64,000 nucleotides of DNA from assembly GCA_963850905.1 (NCBI GenBank), contig CAWKMU010000003.1, forward strand, positions 2,496,001 to 2,560,000. Direction: 5' to 3'. A program made the position numbers and the translations under genes. Under the pieces are notes generated by a model. It had not been told where the DNA came from, did not search any database, and worked only from the letters and a program-made list of their open reading frames with translations. Positions 61,561 through 64,000 of this stretch are shown in pieces (position 1 is the first letter of the stretch; every line of letters starts with the position of its first letter). Origin of the DNA: an uncultured Gemmatimonadales bacterium. Lineage in GTDB: Bacteria > Gemmatimonadota > Gemmatimonadetes > Gemmatimonadales > Gemmatimonadaceae.

Positions 61561-63453
61561 ATGCCGCTTCTCGCCCGAATCAAGTCGCCCGCAGATCTCA
61601 AGCCGCTCACCCGAGACCAGTTACGCGAGCTGAGCGCCGAGATCCGCGCCCGGTTGATCGACGTCTGCTCTCGAACCGGCGGGCACATCGGGGCGGGGCT
61701 CGGCGTCGTCGAGCTCACCACGGCTCTCCACTACACGTTCAACACGCCGCGCGATCAGCTGGTGTGGGATGTGGGACATCAGGCGTACCCGCACAAGTTG
61801 CTCACCGGGCGGGATGGCGAAATGGAGACGCTGCGACAGGAGAACGGCCTGTCCGGCTTTTTGAAGCGCTCCGAGAGCCCCTATGACACCTTTGGCGCCG
61901 GACACGCGGCGACCGCGATTTCCGCCGCTCTCGGGATGGCAGTCGCGCGCGACCTGCACGGGGACCAGTTCAAGGTGATCGCTGTCCTTGGCGACGGCGC
62001 GCTGACGTGCGGCCTGTCGTACGAAGGGTTGAACAATGCCGGCGTATCTGATCGCGACATCATCGTCGTCCTCAACGACAACGAGATGTCCATCGCCCCG
62101 AACGTCGGGGCGATGTCGAAGTATCTGACGTCGGTTCAGCGCAATCCCCTGTACAATCGCGTTCGGTCGGCGATCGGCGCGGCGGTCGACAATGCTCCCG
62201 GCCCGCTGTCGGGCGTCGGCGCGCTGGTGCGGAAGTGGGAGGAGAGCGTCAAGTCATTCTTCACACCTGGCGTGCTGTTCGAGGAGCTGGGATTCCGCTA
62301 CTTCGGGCCGATCGATGGGCATGATCTGGATGCACTCATCGACACGTTCACGGCTGTTCGGGACCTCCGGGGGCCGCGCCTCGTGCACGTGATCACGCAG
62401 AAGGGGAAGGGCTTCCCGGCGGGGGAGCACGGCGAGAAGTGGCACGCGTTGCCGCCTGGTCACGATCCCGCGACCGGGAAACAACGCGCGACGAGCGCGG
62501 CCAAGGCAGCGTACACCGCTGTCTTCGGGGCCGGCTTGACTGAGCTCGGCAACGAACGGAGCGATGTGGTCGCCATCACCGCGGCGATGCCTAGCGGCAC
62601 GGGTACGGCGGCGTTCGCCAAGGCCCACCCCAGTCGCTTCTTCGATGTCGGGATCGCCGAAGGTCACGCAGTGACCTTTGCGGCCGGGCTCGCGACGCAG
62701 GGCATCCGCCCGGTGTGCGCGATCTACTCGACGTTTCTCCAGCGCGCGTACGACAACGTCATCCACGACGTGTCCGTCCAACGGTTGCCGGTCGTGTTCG
62801 CGATGGACCGCGCGGGGTTGGTCGGCGAAGACGGGCCGACGCATATGGGGCTGTATGACATTGCGTACATGCTGGCCGTTCCTGGCATGACGGTGACGGC
62901 ACCAAAGGATGGTGCCGAAATGCTTGCATTGCTCCGGTCCGGGGTCGAATACACGGGTGGCCCGTTCTGCTTCCGGTATCCGCGCGACAGCGTGCCGGAC
63001 GTGCCGCCACCGATGGCGGAGATCCGGGCGGTCCCCTACGGCACGTGGGAGGTCTTGCGCCGCGGATCGGAGGTGGCGGTATTAGCCGTGGGCACAACGG
63101 TGCTGCCAGCACTCACGGCAGCGACGGCGCTGGCGGCCGAAGGACTCAACATCACCGTGGTCAATTGTCGCTTTCTCAAGCCGCACGACGAACTGACGCT
63201 CGCCGCGATCCTCGCCGATCACCGACACTTGCTGGTCGTCGAGGAAGGCACGATCGTCAATGGCTTTGGGGCCTACATGACGGCGGTGGTGGCGGCCATC
63301 GACCCGGGGGTACGAGTCGCGATCCATGGAGTGCCGGACCGCCTCATCGAGCAGGCGCCACGCGCACGTCAACTGGCGCTCGTCGGCCTCGACGCGGCGG
63401 GCATCGCGACCCGGGTCCGTGCGCTGCACGAGACGGAGGCCATCGCGGGATGA
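61561..63453 (+). CDS. dxs: 1-deoxy-D-xylulose-5-phosphate synthase
   Basis: GGHIGAGLGVVEL, WDVGHQAYPHK, GDGALT, NDNEMSI, DVGIAEGHAV, YSTFLQRAYD, DGPTHMG. Confidence 0.98.
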   Translation: MPLLARIKSPADLKPLTRDQLRELSAEIRARLIDVCSRTGGHIGAGLGVVELTTALHYTFNTPRDQLVWDVGHQAYPHKLLTGRDGEMETLRQENGLSGFLKRSESPYDTFGAGHAATAISAALGMAVARDLHGDQFKVIAVLGDGALTCGLSYEGLNNAGVSDRDIIVVLNDNEMSIAPNVGAMSKYLTSVQRNPLYNRVRSAIGAAVDNAPGPLSGVGALVRKWEESVKSFFTPGVLFEELGFRYFGPIDGHDLDALIDTFTAVRDLRGPRLVHVITQKGKGFPAGEHGEKWHALPPGHDPATGKQRATSAAKAAYTAVFGAGLTELGNERSDVVAITAAMPSGTGTAAFAKAHPSRFFDVGIAEGHAVTFAAGLATQGIRPVCAIYSTFLQRAYDNVIHDVSVQRLPVVFAMDRAGLVGEDGPTHMGLYDIAYMLAVPGMTVTAPKDGAEMLALLRSGVEYTGGPFCFRYPRDSVPDVPPPMAEIRAVPYGTWEVLRRGSEVAVLAVGTTVLPALTAATALAAEGLNITVVNCRFLKPHDELTLAAILADHRHLLVVEEGTIVNGFGAYMTAVVAAIDPGVRVAIHGVPDRLIEQAPRARQLALVGLDAAGIATRVRALHETEAIAG

Positions 63454-63520
63454 CGGCCCGCGCGGCGTGTGCGAGCGCATCGGTCGGCCTGGCCGGCGGT
63501 CGCGCCCGCGGGGCCGCTGA

Positions 63521-64000
63521 ATGATTCGCGTTGGCGTAGTCGGGCACCGCGGGTACGCGCGCCTCCAGGATCTCTTGCAGGAGGTGTTGCGATTGGCCCC
63601 CGAGCTGGGGCTCGACGTGTGTGTCGAGACCGACCTGCACGACCTCCTGCCACAGGCTGGGCGCCTCAGCACCGGACAACCGGTCGACGTCCTCGTGACG
63701 CTCGGCGGGGACGGGACCATGCTTCGCGGCGCGCGCACCCTCGGCGGGCGCCCAGTGCCCATCCTCGGGGTCAATTTGGGCCGCCTCGGGTTTCTCACGA
63801 GTTGTGGCGGCGACGAAATGGTGGACGCGCTCTGTCGATTCGCTCGCGGCGACTATCGGGCGGAGCCGCGGATGGCGCTCGACGCGCGCGCGATTGACCG
63901 AGGTGGCGTCGAGCGGCGACGATGGTACGCGCTCAACGATGTCGTGCTGCACAAGGGTGGCTTCGCACGCGTCGTGCGACTCGCGGTCGCGTCCAACGGG
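63521..64000 (+). CDS. nadK: NAD kinase, 3' partial
   Basis: TLGGDGTML, GVNLGRLGFLT, ALNDVVL. Confidence 0.93.
   Translation, partial: MIRVGVVGHRGYARLQDLLQEVLRLAPELGLDVCVETDLHDLLPQAGRLSTGQPVDVLVTLGGDGTMLRGARTLGGRPVPILGVNLGRLGFLTSCGGDEMVDALCRFARGDYRAEPRMALDARAIDRGGVERRRWYALNDVVLHKGGFARVVRLAVASNG

Overview
GC-rich bacterial chromosome segment. Gene content and order (SusC/SusD pair, rpsU-yqeY-mutS2-dnaG, pheST-zapA-rny-folD-xseAB-ispA-dxs-nadK) suggest a Gemmatimonadota-like organism, which is an inference. Bases 1-14.6 kb hold a surface-polysaccharide cluster: six GT4-type glycosyltransferases, two NAD-dependent epimerases, a Wzy-like membrane protein, a NodU/CmcH carbamoyltransferase and two tandem wecB-like genes. 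It is heavily frameshifted, most likely by long-read indel errors, because essential genes such as rplT and pheST are also broken. Next come tRNA-Val(CAC), a DUF763 gene, a tRNA(CAT) that is probably Ile2, an orphan SusC/SusD pair with a long structured leader, and about 42 kb of housekeeping genes. No CRISPR array, transposase, integrase or prophage gene is visible. The most unusual signal is non-coding: a set of intergenic palindromic elements built from 7-nt tandem arrays mirrored on both arms. Two of them also enclose an inverted GTAG-type REP doublet with a spacer of about 90 nt, forming a nested MITE/REPIN-like structure. Coordinates of frameshifted genes and several start codons are approximate.
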